Positions 63,739 through 64,000 of a stretch of DNA of 64,000 bases are shown in pieces. Origin of the DNA: Dethiobacteria bacterium (GTDB lineage Bacteria > Bacillota > Dethiobacteria > DTU022 > UBA8154); contig JBMNEO010000001.1 in NCBI GenBank assembly GCA_050948825.1, positions 11,673 to 75,672 of the forward strand. The letters run 5' to 3'. The position numbers were made by a program, and so were the translations under genes. How positions within the stretch are numbered: position 1 is the first letter of the stretch; each line of letters starts with the position of its first letter. The notes under the pieces are model-generated. The model was given only the letters and a program-made list of their open reading frames with translations, was not told the DNA's origin and searched no databases.

Positions 63739-64000
63739 TTATTTTCGGGGTCTCTAAAATTAGTATAAACTATCAACTATCAAAGTAGCTGTCCTCAGTA
63801 GACATTCATAAAGGGTCACTTCACCATCAATAAATGTAAATGGCAATCTACAGAATGGTTCAACTGTCATAAAGGTACCTTTTTACTATTACCAAGGTTT
63901 TCAAAGCAGTTGTTCCTCAAGCTCTAAAAATAATATCTTTACTTATTCCTAACACAAGGGACAATTCCCGAACCGAAAACTGGGATACCCGTTTCAATTC

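Overview
This 64 kb window is an accessory-type region of a Gram-positive (Firmicutes/Clostridia-like) chromosome, with about 50% GC. Almost every gene lies on the minus strand from about 8.6 kb to 63.6 kb. I found no rRNA, tRNA or CRISPR. Five themes dominate.

(1) A SipW-type signal peptidase sits next to five or six paralogous TasA/camelysin-like secreted proteins (8.7-18.7 kb), all with the 'GGATMAWFTDSDVS' SipW-cognate signal peptide. One is frameshifted. One is additionally fused to three Cna-B-like repeats and a C-terminal (S/P)PxTG-type sortase signal.

(2) A second matrix-type locus (22-30 kb) holds a sortase, a PQTGE-terminated substrate, a long SipW-like peptidase, a DegU/DegS-like two-component pair (kinase frameshifted) and further secreted proteins.

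(3) A complete Tad/Flp pilus locus (33.1-45.2 kb) carries two tandem Flp pilin genes, prepilin peptidase, TadE, TadG-like, CpaB, REC-CpaE, CpaF, TadB, TadC, a vWA protein, DUF192 and PilT. Just upstream is a partial duplication: a second CpaF with a long acidic tandem-repeat tail, followed by a CpaB C-terminal-domain-only ORF.

(4) c-di-GMP signalling is unusually dense. There are three GEMM/c-di-GMP-I riboswitch aptamers on the minus strand, in front of a TasA-like gene, the CpaF paralogue and a transglutaminase-like gene. Two of them carry clear intrinsic-terminator expression platforms. There are also a PilZ protein, an EAL-HDOD protein, a REC-HD-GYP protein, and a SelA-like-PAS-GGDEF-HD-GYP protein, the last in an operon with two sensor kinases, an odd ketoacyl synthase and a methyltransferase.

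(5) There are toxin-antitoxin modules (HicAB, VapBC, and degraded VapBC and AbrB remnants) and several families of short repeats or palindromes. These include hairpin arrays bracketing a class-B PBP gene, a 60-80 bp repeat with a TATAAT core, ATAATCC-N4-GGATTAT palindromes in two promoters, and a 35 bp direct repeat around an unclassified 347-aa ORF.

All calls rest on motif recognition by eye. No searches were run.
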